A stretch of 64,000 nucleotides of DNA from Bacteroidales bacterium UBA5515 (GTDB lineage: Bacteria; Bacteroidota; Bacteroidia; Bacteroidales; P3), in the NCBI GenBank assembly GCA_002423895.1, contig DIOL01000035.1, forward strand, positions 2,161 through 66,160, given 5' to 3'. Shown here piece after piece: positions 8,731 through 17,576 of the stretch; position 1 is the first letter of the stretch, and each line of letters begins with the position of its first letter. Under the pieces are notes generated by a model. The model was not told where the DNA came from. It ran no database searches and worked only from the letters and a program-made list of their open reading frames with translations. The position numbers and the translations under genes were made by a program.

Positions 8731-11649
8731 ATGGAAATTCCAAAATCACTTATTGAGAAAATGAATAAAAATCAACTTGTAATCTTTGCAGGTGCAGGAT
8801 TGTCAATGAATGCAGGTCTTCCAAGTTGGATTGATTTAATTAATGGCATACTCGATGATTTAGGAGATAAAGAACCTAAAAAAGATAAGTACAAGGACGC
8901 ATTAAAGGATGAAATAATGACTCCTTTAGAAGTACTCAATAAAATTGAAATTCACAAGGAATTTGTTATTGAAGCGATAGATAAAATAATTAGAGGCTTT
9001 GATGATGTTAAGCCAAGTCGATTATTTAATTATATAGGAGAAATTTCAACAAAGATAATCACTACAAATTATGATTATATTTTAGAGTCCATTTATAAAG
9101 ATTTTGAAAAAGTTGTATATAATAATTCATTTAAAGTTTCTAAACTATCAAACTATGAAAAATATATTTTTAAAATTCATGGAGATATTCAAGAACCAGA
9201 TAAATGTATATTATTCTCTTCTCAATATGAAGAATTATATATTAAAAATGAGCAATCATCAATTTTTGAATTAAAAAAAATAATATCAGATAAATCAATA
9301 CTTTTTCTTGGTTTTAGTCTAAATGACCCATACATCAATTTTGTTTTTGATTTTGTAACTAAAATTTATGGTGGTTTCACCCCTGAACATTTTATAATTA
9401 CTACTGAAAAAGAAAATAAATGGCCAAATAGAATTACTCCAATAAAAATCAATACTTACTCTGAAATAGAATCTTTTTTATCAGAATTATCTAAAGAGAA
9501 AAATAATCAAGAAAATAAAGAAGAAACATTAGTGGCAAAACTAAATGATAATCATCATCATAATAATATTATTGATTTGACTGAATCTCTTGAATATGAT
9601 TTGCCACCAAACAACAAGTTTTGGGTTGGAAGAAGAAAAGAAATAGAAAATATCTCTGTTGATATATTTAAAGTGATTTTTATTACAGGTATTGGAGGTC
9701 AAGGTAAATCAGCACTCGCAGCATATTATGTAAAGAATTGTTTTGATGCCAAACTGTTTGAATATGCTGATTGGAGGGATTTCAAAGAGGAAACAAATAG
9801 ATTTCAGACAAAACTAATTTCTATAATTAAAAGAATTTCTAATAATCAAGTTACAGCAAATCAATTAGAATGTGTAAGAAACAATGAATTAGTTGATTTG
9901 TTTTTTAAGTGTTTATCTGATAAAAAAATAATATTTGTTTTTGACAATATTGACAGTTATATAGATTTGGAAACTTTTACACCAAGTGGAGGAATGAAGT
10001 ATTTTTTTGAACAAGCATTAGAAATAAATCATAACTCTAAATTTATCTTTACATGTAGACCATTTATTCGAGAAGCTAGTTCAAACTTTTATCAACTTAC
10101 TCTTTCAGGTTTGTCAGAAAAAGAAACTGAAGAAATTTTTTCATTATACAATATAAATATCTGTAAAGAACAATTAAAAGAATTAAGCAAAAAAGCATAT
10201 ACACTCACAAAAGGACATCCTTTATGGTTAAATCTTATAGCAGCTCAAGCATTAAGAGGTTTTGAAACAGTGAACAAATTTATTCAAAGTATTGAAGATA
10301 AAACTGATTTCAATGAAGAAGGATTTTCTTCAATACTTTCGGAAAAAATTTTAAATGAAGTATGGTACTCTCTCAATAATAAGCAACAAACATTACTTAG
10401 GGGAATTGCAGAAACTGTAAAGCCAGAAACACTCTCTAATTTAAAGAAAATAATGGAATCTGAACTTAATGTTAATCAACTTGATAAAGCATTTAAAGTT
10501 TTGAAGAATTTGAACTTAATTGAACTAAAATCATCTGATATAAGTGAAGATCAAATTGAATTACATCCTCTAGTAAAAGAATTTATATCTTTGAAATTTC
10601 CAAAAACTGAAAGAGCAAAATTCATCACGTTACTAGTCCAATATTATGATAGGTTTATTTATATATTGAAACCGCAACTTAGTTCTAATATGAGTTTATC
10701 TGATTTTCAAAATTGGACATCCAAAATAGAATTACAGATAAACAAAGGGGATTTTAAATCTGCTTTAGTAGCTTTAGAAGAAGTATCAGCATCAATTATA
10801 TCAGCAGGATTTTCTGAAGAATATTTAAGGGTTTCAGAGAGATTATTTAATTCTGTTGATTGGAAATTAGCAATTGGTAATGAGTATCCATATTTTGAAA
10901 CTCAATTTGATACACTTACACAAGTTATGACACAATATGGTAATTTCAACGATTGTGAATTATTATTAGAAAAATATTCTAAATTAATTAATGGGAAAAG
11001 TTCAAAATACTTATCTTATTGCAGTGGAAAATGTTATTTATATTGGTATCAAGAAAAATTCAATGAGGCTATTGAAATTGGAGAGTATGGTCTTTTTTTG
11101 ATTAATAATTCAGGTATTTCTGATAATTATTCACTTAGACACAATTTAGCATTAGCAAGAAGGGACTCTAAAATAGATAAAAATATAAAAGAAGCATTAT
11201 TGTATTTTCTTAAAGGGGAAAATTTAGAAAATATAATTAATAATGTGAATGTAGATTTAGGAGGTCATTTCTATGGAAATATTGGTAAGTGTTTAGAACT
11301 TCTTAATGATAAAGTAAATGCATTGACTTGTTATTATATATCGTTTTCCATATTATGTAACGAAGATAATAATAATTCGAAGTTAAATTTAGGCTATGCT
11401 GCATCTTGGATTTATAGCATACTTAAGGATACGAAAAATAAATTAGATTCGCTATACTTTTTAAAACTGAGTATTAACATTTGGGAACATTCTTCACCTC
11501 CTAGAGCAGATAAAATGAAGAAAGAATGGAAAAATTTCATTATTGATAAACAGACAAAACAAGAAATTGAAAAGATTCCTGATTGGAAGATAGCTAATTA
11601 CTGTAAGGAAAAATCAAAAACTTATATTGGTAGTGGTTTTGTAAAATAA
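8731..11649 (+). CDS. SIR2-like effector fused to a STAND/NB-ARC NTPase and a helical-repeat (TPR-like) sensor; Avs-like antiphage candidate
   Basis: N-terminal SIR2_2-type motifs FAGAGLSMNAGLPSW, TTNYD, KIHGD and LGFSLND (aa 15-215). P-loop GIGGQGKS at aa 320-326 (nt 9688-9708) and Walker B IIFVFDNID around aa 400. The C-terminal 450 aa or so are helical-repeat-like. Confidence 0.85.
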   Translation: MEIPKSLIEKMNKNQLVIFAGAGLSMNAGLPSWIDLINGILDDLGDKEPKKDKYKDALKDEIMTPLEVLNKIEIHKEFVIEAIDKIIRGFDDVKPSRLFNYIGEISTKIITTNYDYILESIYKDFEKVVYNNSFKVSKLSNYEKYIFKIHGDIQEPDKCILFSSQYEELYIKNEQSSIFELKKIISDKSILFLGFSLNDPYINFVFDFVTKIYGGFTPEHFIITTEKENKWPNRITPIKINTYSEIESFLSELSKEKNNQENKEETLVAKLNDNHHHNNIIDLTESLEYDLPPNNKFWVGRRKEIENISVDIFKVIFITGIGGQGKSALAAYYVKNCFDAKLFEYADWRDFKEETNRFQTKLISIIKRISNNQVTANQLECVRNNELVDLFFKCLSDKKIIFVFDNIDSYIDLETFTPSGGMKYFFEQALEINHNSKFIFTCRPFIREASSNFYQLTLSGLSEKETEEIFSLYNINICKEQLKELSKKAYTLTKGHPLWLNLIAAQALRGFETVNKFIQSIEDKTDFNEEGFSSILSEKILNEVWYSLNNKQQTLLRGIAETVKPETLSNLKKIMESELNVNQLDKAFKVLKNLNLIELKSSDISEDQIELHPLVKEFISLKFPKTERAKFITLLVQYYDRFIYILKPQLSSNMSLSDFQNWTSKIELQINKGDFKSALVALEEVSASIISAGFSEEYLRVSERLFNSVDWKLAIGNEYPYFETQFDTLTQVMTQYGNFNDCELLLEKYSKLINGKSSKYLSYCSGKCYLYWYQEKFNEAIEIGEYGLFLINNSGISDNYSLRHNLALARRDSKIDKNIKEALLYFLKGENLENIINNVNVDLGGHFYGNIGKCLELLNDKVNALTCYYISFSILCNEDNNNSKLNLGYAASWIYSILKDTKNKLDSLYFLKLSINIWEHSSPPRADKMKKEWKNFIIDKQTKQEIEKIPDWKIANYCKEKSKTYIGSGFVK

Positions 11650-11713
11650 AGTATAGGTTAATTTCTAAAATAAAAGTTTATTTTGATTTTTGTGTTTTAC
11701 AAACAATAAAACT

Positions 11714-13825
11714 TTACGAAATCTGAGAGAAATCAATTTGGGGTTTGGTTCTTTGGAAGTATTCTTTTAGTTTTTGATTTTGTGGAGTAATAAGCATTGG
11801 GTCTTGTTGCGCTATTTCAATTGCTGTGTTTCTTGCAGCTTTTAAAATAGGCTCATCTTTAACAATATTAGCTATCTTTAAATCTAATAAACCACTTTGC
11901 TTTGTTCCAGCAATATCGCCTGGACCTCGAAGGCGAAGGTCAATTTCTGAAATTTCAAATCCATCATTTGTTTCAACCATTGCTCCAAGTCTTTCCTTTG
12001 CTTCGGAAGATAGTTTGTAGCTACTCATTAAAATGCAATAAGACTTTTCTGCTCCTCTACCAACTCTGCCACGCAATTGATGCAATTGAGAAAGTCCGAA
12101 GCGTTCTGCATTTTCAATTATCATTACAGAAGCATTGGGAACATCAACTCCAACTTCAATTACTGTTGTTGAAACCATAATATGAGTTATGCCTTTTTTA
12201 AATCTATCCATCTCATATTCCTTATCCTGAGCTTTCATTTTGCCATGAACAATGCTTATTTGAAATTCTGGTAATGGAAATTCTCTAACTATGCTTTCGT
12301 AGCCATCCATCAGATCTTTAAGATCTAATTTTTCGGACTCTTTGATTAATGGGTAAACAACATAAATTTGTCTTCCTGCTTCAATCTCTTTTCGCATAAA
12401 TGCAAAAATTCTAAGACGGTCTTTGTCGTAGAAATGAGCTGTTTGAACTGGCTTTCTTCCTGGAGGTAACTCATCAATCACTGAAACATCCAAGTCTCCA
12501 TACACTGTCATTGCAAGAGTTCGAGGAATAGGAGTAGCTGTCATTACCAAAATATGTGGAGCTGTATGATTTTTTGTCCACATCTTGGCTCTTTGTTCAA
12601 CTCCAAAACGATGTTGCTCATCAATAACACATAACCCTAAATTGGAAAACTTAACCTTGTCTTCAATTAAAGCATGTGTGCCAATAATTATATCAATTTT
12701 TCCTTCTTCCAATTCAGGGAGAATAACATTTCTTTCTTTTTGTGTTGTGCTTCCAGTTAAAAGAGCAACTTCAAGAGGCATATCTCCCAAAAATTTCTTT
12801 ATTGAAACATAATGCTGCTGAGCCAATATTTCGGTTGGTGCCATAATGGTTGCCTGAAAACCATTATCTATTGCAATTAGCATGCTTAAAAGAGCAACCA
12901 GTGTTTTTCCACTTCCTACATCTCCTTGCAAAAGGCGATTCATTTGATGTCCTGTTCTTAAATCATTGCGTATTTCCTTAATAACTCTTTTTTGAGCATT
13001 TGTTAATGGGAAAGGTAAATAGTTATTGAAGAAATCATTAAAAGCATTGCCAACCGTTGAAAAAACAAATCCTTGTGACTTTTCAACTCTATTGGTTTTG
13101 AGAAGTTGATGTTCAAGTTGCATAAAGAATAGCTCTTCAAATTTCAGTCTTGCTTTTGCTTTTGAAAGTAATTCAGTTGATGAAGGGAAGTGTATTTGAA
13201 TTAAAGCTTCTTCAAGTGAGATTAAATGATACTTATCAATAATATACTTTGGTAAACTTTCTGGGATATATCCTTTAACTTGTCCAATTAAAGTTCGCAT
13301 CAGGTTGGAAATAGCCTTAGAGTTTAAGAAGGCATTTTTCATTTTTTCGGAAGTATTGTAGAGAGGGGAGAACTTTTGAGTCAGGTTTTCTTGTGAGGCA
13401 AGGTATGTTTCCAACGGTTCAATGTCGGGGTGAGCAAAATTATAGTTTCCTTTAAAAAGTGAAGGCTTTCCGAAAATCACATATTCTTTTCCTTGCTTAA
13501 TGCTTTCTTTAATCCATTTTATTCCTTTAAAGAATACCAATTCAACCTTTCCAGTTTGGTCAGCAAAATTAATAGAAAGTCTTGCTTTTGCACCAATTCC
13601 AATAATTTCCATTCCAATGACTTTTCCTCTAATTTGAATGAAAACTTCTTCTGATTGAATATCCTTTATTTGAACAAAATTACTTTTATCAACATAGCGA
13701 TAAGGATAATAGGATATGAGGTCACGGTAAGTTGTTATGCCAAGTTCTTTGTTAAGAACTTTTGCTTTCTTCTCACCAACTCCTTTTAGAAATTCAATCT
13801 TAGTATCTAAGAGATTAACCTGCAT
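11714..13825 (-). CDS. recG: ATP-dependent DNA helicase RecG
   Basis: Wedge-domain N-terminus, GDVGSGKT, DEQHRFGV, QLRGRVGRG. Length 703 aa. Confidence 0.95.
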   Translation of the reverse strand: MQVNLLDTKIEFLKGVGEKKAKVLNKELGITTYRDLISYYPYRYVDKSNFVQIKDIQSEEVFIQIRGKVIGMEIIGIGAKARLSINFADQTGKVELVFFKGIKWIKESIKQGKEYVIFGKPSLFKGNYNFAHPDIEPLETYLASQENLTQKFSPLYNTSEKMKNAFLNSKAISNLMRTLIGQVKGYIPESLPKYIIDKYHLISLEEALIQIHFPSSTELLSKAKARLKFEELFFMQLEHQLLKTNRVEKSQGFVFSTVGNAFNDFFNNYLPFPLTNAQKRVIKEIRNDLRTGHQMNRLLQGDVGSGKTLVALLSMLIAIDNGFQATIMAPTEILAQQHYVSIKKFLGDMPLEVALLTGSTTQKERNVILPELEEGKIDIIIGTHALIEDKVKFSNLGLCVIDEQHRFGVEQRAKMWTKNHTAPHILVMTATPIPRTLAMTVYGDLDVSVIDELPPGRKPVQTAHFYDKDRLRIFAFMRKEIEAGRQIYVVYPLIKESEKLDLKDLMDGYESIVREFPLPEFQISIVHGKMKAQDKEYEMDRFKKGITHIMVSTTVIEVGVDVPNASVMIIENAERFGLSQLHQLRGRVGRGAEKSYCILMSSYKLSSEAKERLGAMVETNDGFEISEIDLRLRGPGDIAGTKQSGLLDLKIANIVKDEPILKAARNTAIEIAQQDPMLITPQNQKLKEYFQRTKPQIDFSQIS

Positions 13826-13842
13826 TTACATTTTATTTTCTG

Positions 13843-13850
13843 CAAAGATA
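13843..13850 (-). promoter_or_regulatory. -7 box for recG
   Basis: CAAAGATA on the plus strand, 18 nt upstream of the start. Confidence 0.45.
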
Positions 13851-14106
13851 ATGAATTTTACTTTACTTTTCACTTCGTGGCTCTCGACCTTCGGTCTTCG
13901 GGTGTCTTGATACAAAAGTAACAAAAAATCAAGACTGTTCACAAATAAACTAAAAATTGAAGCCTTGAACTAAAAATTTATAAACTCGCCTTTGGCTCAA
14001 ACATATAAACTTTCTTTACGTTCAAAACTTCAATTTTCTTTACGCATATTTGTAAAATGTCGGTTGGTTTGTATTTTGGAGTTTATTTGTTGGTTTATGA
14101 TTATGG

Positions 14107-15309
14107 CTATTCATAACTATTCTTAACATTATCTAAGAATAATGGAGAGAATAATTCTAATTTTCTCATTTCATTCAGAGGCATATAAACATCTTTTTCT
14201 AATTCTAATTGTAAATCATCTTGTTTGTAAGCTATATTCTTTACTCTGAAAATATAAACTTCTTCAATTGTATTAATTTTCAACTCCCCAGGTAATCTGG
14301 AATACTTTTTAAGCATAGAATATGGTTCATAATAATTTACTTTATATTTTACCTTTGATAGACGATTTGCTAATACATATATACTATCTTTTTTTTGATA
14401 ATTATAAATTTGATATAGCCCTAAGTAATTATATTTGACTCCTCTTTTTCCCATGTAATCCATAATTGTAGTATCCTGAAAAATTTCAACTTGTTTAATT
14501 GCAAAAGTTCTTGCATCAATATGATAATTACAAATTATAGGGAAATTGTCCTTTCTAAAACTTTTATTTGATAATTCATTTTTATTACTTCTTGTAGTTA
14601 TTATATAATCTTGTTCATCGCCTTTATCATCGTATATTGTTTGCATTTTTATATTCAGTCCATCAAATATAGACATGTCATTTTTTCCCAAATCTTTCTT
14701 ATTATTTTTATAATTACTTATAACAAAATCTGGGTCAATTTTGTTGTATTTAAATTTAATAGTAGAATCAGAATAATAAGCATGGCAATATTTAGGCTTC
14801 ATTACTGTATGTCTTGACAATGCTCCTCTACATAAGTATATCCCATCATTATAACTTAAAAAACTTAATGTATTAGTATCAATTTTCTTGTTAAGTATTT
14901 CTATTTCGGCGTAATATTTATCTTTAATGTAGTTATTAGGCACTGCTTTAAAAGCTTTAAAAAGTATTGTTTTAGGTGAAAACCCCTCAATTGTAACTTC
15001 TTTTAATTCTTTTATTTTAGGTGAAAGTTTTATAGTCTTATTCCTTATAATATTATCAATGCCAATTATTGCCTTATTATAAGAAGTATGACTAAACTCT
15101 AAAGTTTTATATTTTTCGGGAACATTTATACTAAAACATCCATTTTCATCCGCCATTGTTCCTGAACTTGAATTTTTAATATTAATTGATGCAAATGGAA
15201 TTGGTATATTATTTGTTTTGTCAACTATCTTTCCTTCAATTCTCACTGACTGAGCAAGACTGTTTATACACATTAATAGAAGGAAAATTAATATAATATT
15301 TTTCTTCAT
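14107..15309 (-). CDS. Secreted CarboxypepD_reg-like domain protein (paralog of 1160-2326)
   Basis: Signal peptide followed by VRIEGKIVDKTNNIPIPFASINIKNSSSGTMADENGCFSI. Same overall length and architecture as 1160-2326. Confidence 0.7.
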   Translation of the reverse strand: MKKNIILIFLLLMCINSLAQSVRIEGKIVDKTNNIPIPFASINIKNSSSGTMADENGCFSINVPEKYKTLEFSHTSYNKAIIGIDNIIRNKTIKLSPKIKELKEVTIEGFSPKTILFKAFKAVPNNYIKDKYYAEIEILNKKIDTNTLSFLSYNDGIYLCRGALSRHTVMKPKYCHAYYSDSTIKFKYNKIDPDFVISNYKNNKKDLGKNDMSIFDGLNIKMQTIYDDKGDEQDYIITTRSNKNELSNKSFRKDNFPIICNYHIDARTFAIKQVEIFQDTTIMDYMGKRGVKYNYLGLYQIYNYQKKDSIYVLANRLSKVKYKVNYYEPYSMLKKYSRLPGELKINTIEEVYIFRVKNIAYKQDDLQLELEKDVYMPLNEMRKLELFSPLFLDNVKNSYE

Positions 15310-15498
15310 GATTTTTATTTTTGTTAATTATAAAAAGTTTTATTGACAAAAGTACATGTTTTATTTTATATAATCATAGAAAAATACTTTAAAATTAGTA
15401 TTGATAATGAAAGAAGTTTTTCTTGATAAAAATAACGGTATAAAAAAAGCGAGGAGATTTCTCATCTACTCGCTCAATTATATTATTATGAAAAAATA

Positions 15499-16323
15499 TT
15501 ATAATGGTTTTAAACCTAATATTTCTCTTGCTTCTTTTGGATTAGCAATTTCTCTTCCTAACTCTTTAGCCATGCGAACAACTTTTGCAACAAGTTCTCC
15601 ATTGCTTTTTGCTAAAACTCCTTTTGATAGATAAACATTATCTTCAAATCCAACTCTAACATGTCCACCATCAATGATAGCTAAAGCTGCAAGAGGGAAT
15701 TCAAAACGACCTACTCCTGCAACAGTGTAAGTTGCATCAGCAGGAATTGAACCTCTAAGGAAAGTGAAATCTCTAATATCTCCACCAATACCACCATTTA
15801 CTCCCATAACAAAGTCAAAGTGCATAGGTTTTACAATATGACCTTTTTTATGAAGTCTTAAAGCCATTTCAATCATACTTTTATCAAATACTTCAAGTTC
15901 TGGCTTAATACCTCTTTCAATCATTCTGTCTCCAAAATATTTTATTGTGTTTTCAGTGTTAGTGAATACATCATCTCCACCAAAATTACAAGTACCACAA
16001 TCAAGTGTTGCCATTTCTGGGCATAGTTCAGTTGGTTGAAGACGTTCATCATCTGTCATTCCAACGGCTCCACCAGTTGAAGGTTGAATAATTACATCAG
16101 GACATTCTTTATGAATAGCATCCATAATTACCTTGAAACGATTCTTGTCTTGAGTTGGAGTTCCATCATCTTCTCTAACGTGAAGGTGAATTATTGAAGC
16201 TCCTGCATCATAAGCAGATTTTGCTTCTCTAACGCACTCTTCAACAGTGTAAGGAACAGCTGGATTGTGTTCCTTTAACACTTCAGCACCACAAATTGCT
16301 GCTGTTATAATTAACTTTTCCAT
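15499..16323 (-). CDS. kce: 3-keto-5-aminohexanoate cleavage enzyme (BKACE/DUF849 family)
   Basis: MEKLIITAAICGAEV...HLHVRE...GGHVRVGFEDN is typical of Kce/BKACE. Length 274 aa. Confidence 0.85.
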   Translation of the reverse strand: MEKLIITAAICGAEVLKEHNPAVPYTVEECVREAKSAYDAGASIIHLHVREDDGTPTQDKNRFKVIMDAIHKECPDVIIQPSTGGAVGMTDDERLQPTELCPEMATLDCGTCNFGGDDVFTNTENTIKYFGDRMIERGIKPELEVFDKSMIEMALRLHKKGHIVKPMHFDFVMGVNGGIGGDIRDFTFLRGSIPADATYTVAGVGRFEFPLAALAIIDGGHVRVGFEDNVYLSKGVLAKSNGELVAKVVRMAKELGREIANPKEAREILGLKPL

Positions 16324-16342
16324 AGTTTAATTTCTTGATTTA

Positions 16343-16735
16343 TTATTTGTTTTTTCTTTGACATTGTTTTGGTACAACGCAAGTTCCAGTTGCTCTACAA
16401 ACAACGATAGGTTCTTCCAAAACATCAGCAGCTGAAGCAGAAATATCTGTTCTTGGAACAATAACTTTTCTTGCTTCAAATTTCATTTTTCTTGATGAAT
16501 TTCCAACTGAAGTTATTTCTCCTTCTGCTTCAATGAAGTCTCCAGCATAAACAGGTGCTAAGAATTCAACATTATCGTAAGCACAAAATAGTCCTTCGTC
16601 TCCATCGTTTATTATTAATAGTTCTGTTGCAACATCTCCGAAAAGGTTTAACATCTTTGCTCCATCAACAAGATTTCCACCATAATGAGCGTCGTGCATG
16701 CTCATTCTAACTCTAATTATAGATTTTGTAGCCAT
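16343..16735 (-). CDS. kal: Hot-dog fold protein, probable 3-aminobutyryl-CoA ammonia-lyase
   Basis: A 130-aa protein with [20 protein letters not shown]...[23 protein letters not shown]. Its position next to kce is as in lysine-fermentation clusters. Confidence 0.65.
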   Translation of the reverse strand: MATKSIIRVRMSMHDAHYGGNLVDGAKMLNLFGDVATELLIINDGDEGLFCAYDNVEFLAPVYAGDFIEAEGEITSVGNSSRKMKFEARKVIVPRTDISASAADVLEEPIVVCRATGTCVVPKQCQRKNK

Positions 16736-16765
16736 AGTTTTTTATATTTTAAAATATTTGCTTTA

Positions 16766-17401
16766 TTATTTTACTAAGTAATCAATGAATAAATAAGGAG
16801 TATGAATTTCATGAGGTTCTAATTTTTCAACCTCTTCAGTAGCTTGCGCTATAACAACATCAGCAGCCATAGCAATTAATGGGTTGAAGTTTTTAGTAGT
16901 TCCTCTGAAAACCAAGTTACCATAAGAGTCAGCAATACTTGCTCCAACTAAAGCTATATCTGCTCTAAGTGGTTTTTCTAAAAGAAAATCTTTTCCATCA
17001 ATATTTATAATTTGTTTTCCTTTTTCCACCATTGTTCCTAATCCAGTTGGTGTCAAAACTCCACCTAATCCAGATCCACCACAACGAATTTGTTCAATAA
17101 GAGTTCCTTGAGGAACAAGTTCAATTTCCAATTCTCCACTTAACATCATATCTCCAGCAACTGGGTTTGTGCCAATATGTGAAGCAATAACTTTCTTTGC
17201 TAAACGATTTGCGACAAACAATCCGCTTCCACATTCAGGAAATGCAGTATCGTTGCAAATTATTGTAAGGTCTTTCTTCCCTGATTTTACAATGGCTTTA
17301 ATGATTTCATCAGGAGCACCAACTCCCAAAAAACCACCTACCATTATTGTCATTCCGTCCTTTATAAGGTCAACTGCTTGATTGATATCAATCCTTTTCA
17401 T
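16766..17401 (-). CDS. 3-oxoacid/acetoacetate CoA-transferase, subunit A
   Basis: DGMTIMVGGF, ASHIGTNP, ELVPQGTL, CGGSGLGG and NFNPLIAMAA match AtoD/ScoA-type alpha subunits. No beta subunit gene is adjacent. Confidence 0.85.
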   Translation of the reverse strand: MKRIDINQAVDLIKDGMTIMVGGFLGVGAPDEIIKAIVKSGKKDLTIICNDTAFPECGSGLFVANRLAKKVIASHIGTNPVAGDMMLSGELEIELVPQGTLIEQIRCGGSGLGGVLTPTGLGTMVEKGKQIINIDGKDFLLEKPLRADIALVGASIADSYGNLVFRGTTKNFNPLIAMAADVVIAQATEEVEKLEPHEIHTPYLFIDYLVK

Positions 17402-17522
17402 ATATCTGAGTTTAGGTATTTAATATGTTAAATTATGAATTGGCAAAGTTAAGTATTATTTTTAGAAGAGCCAAATTTTGCAATAATTGCTTGCTTAAGT
17501 TAGTTTATTCCCATTTATTTTA

Positions 17523-17530
17523 TACCTTTG
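17523..17530 (+). promoter_or_regulatory. -7 box TAccTTTG for the acyl-CoA synthetase operon
   Basis: TAnnTTTG consensus, 47 nt upstream of the ATG at 17577. Confidence 0.5.
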
Positions 17531-17576
17531 CAAGTTAAATCGATATATAATAATAAATTAAAAACGATATTAAGAT

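Noticed and set aside
16766-17401. First impression that this was the beta (AtoA) subunit of the CoA-transferase
   Set aside because: The motif order DGMTIMVGGF ... ASHIGTNP ... ELVPQGTL ... NFNPLIAMAA matches the alpha (AtoD/ScoA) subunit, so it is called subunit A.
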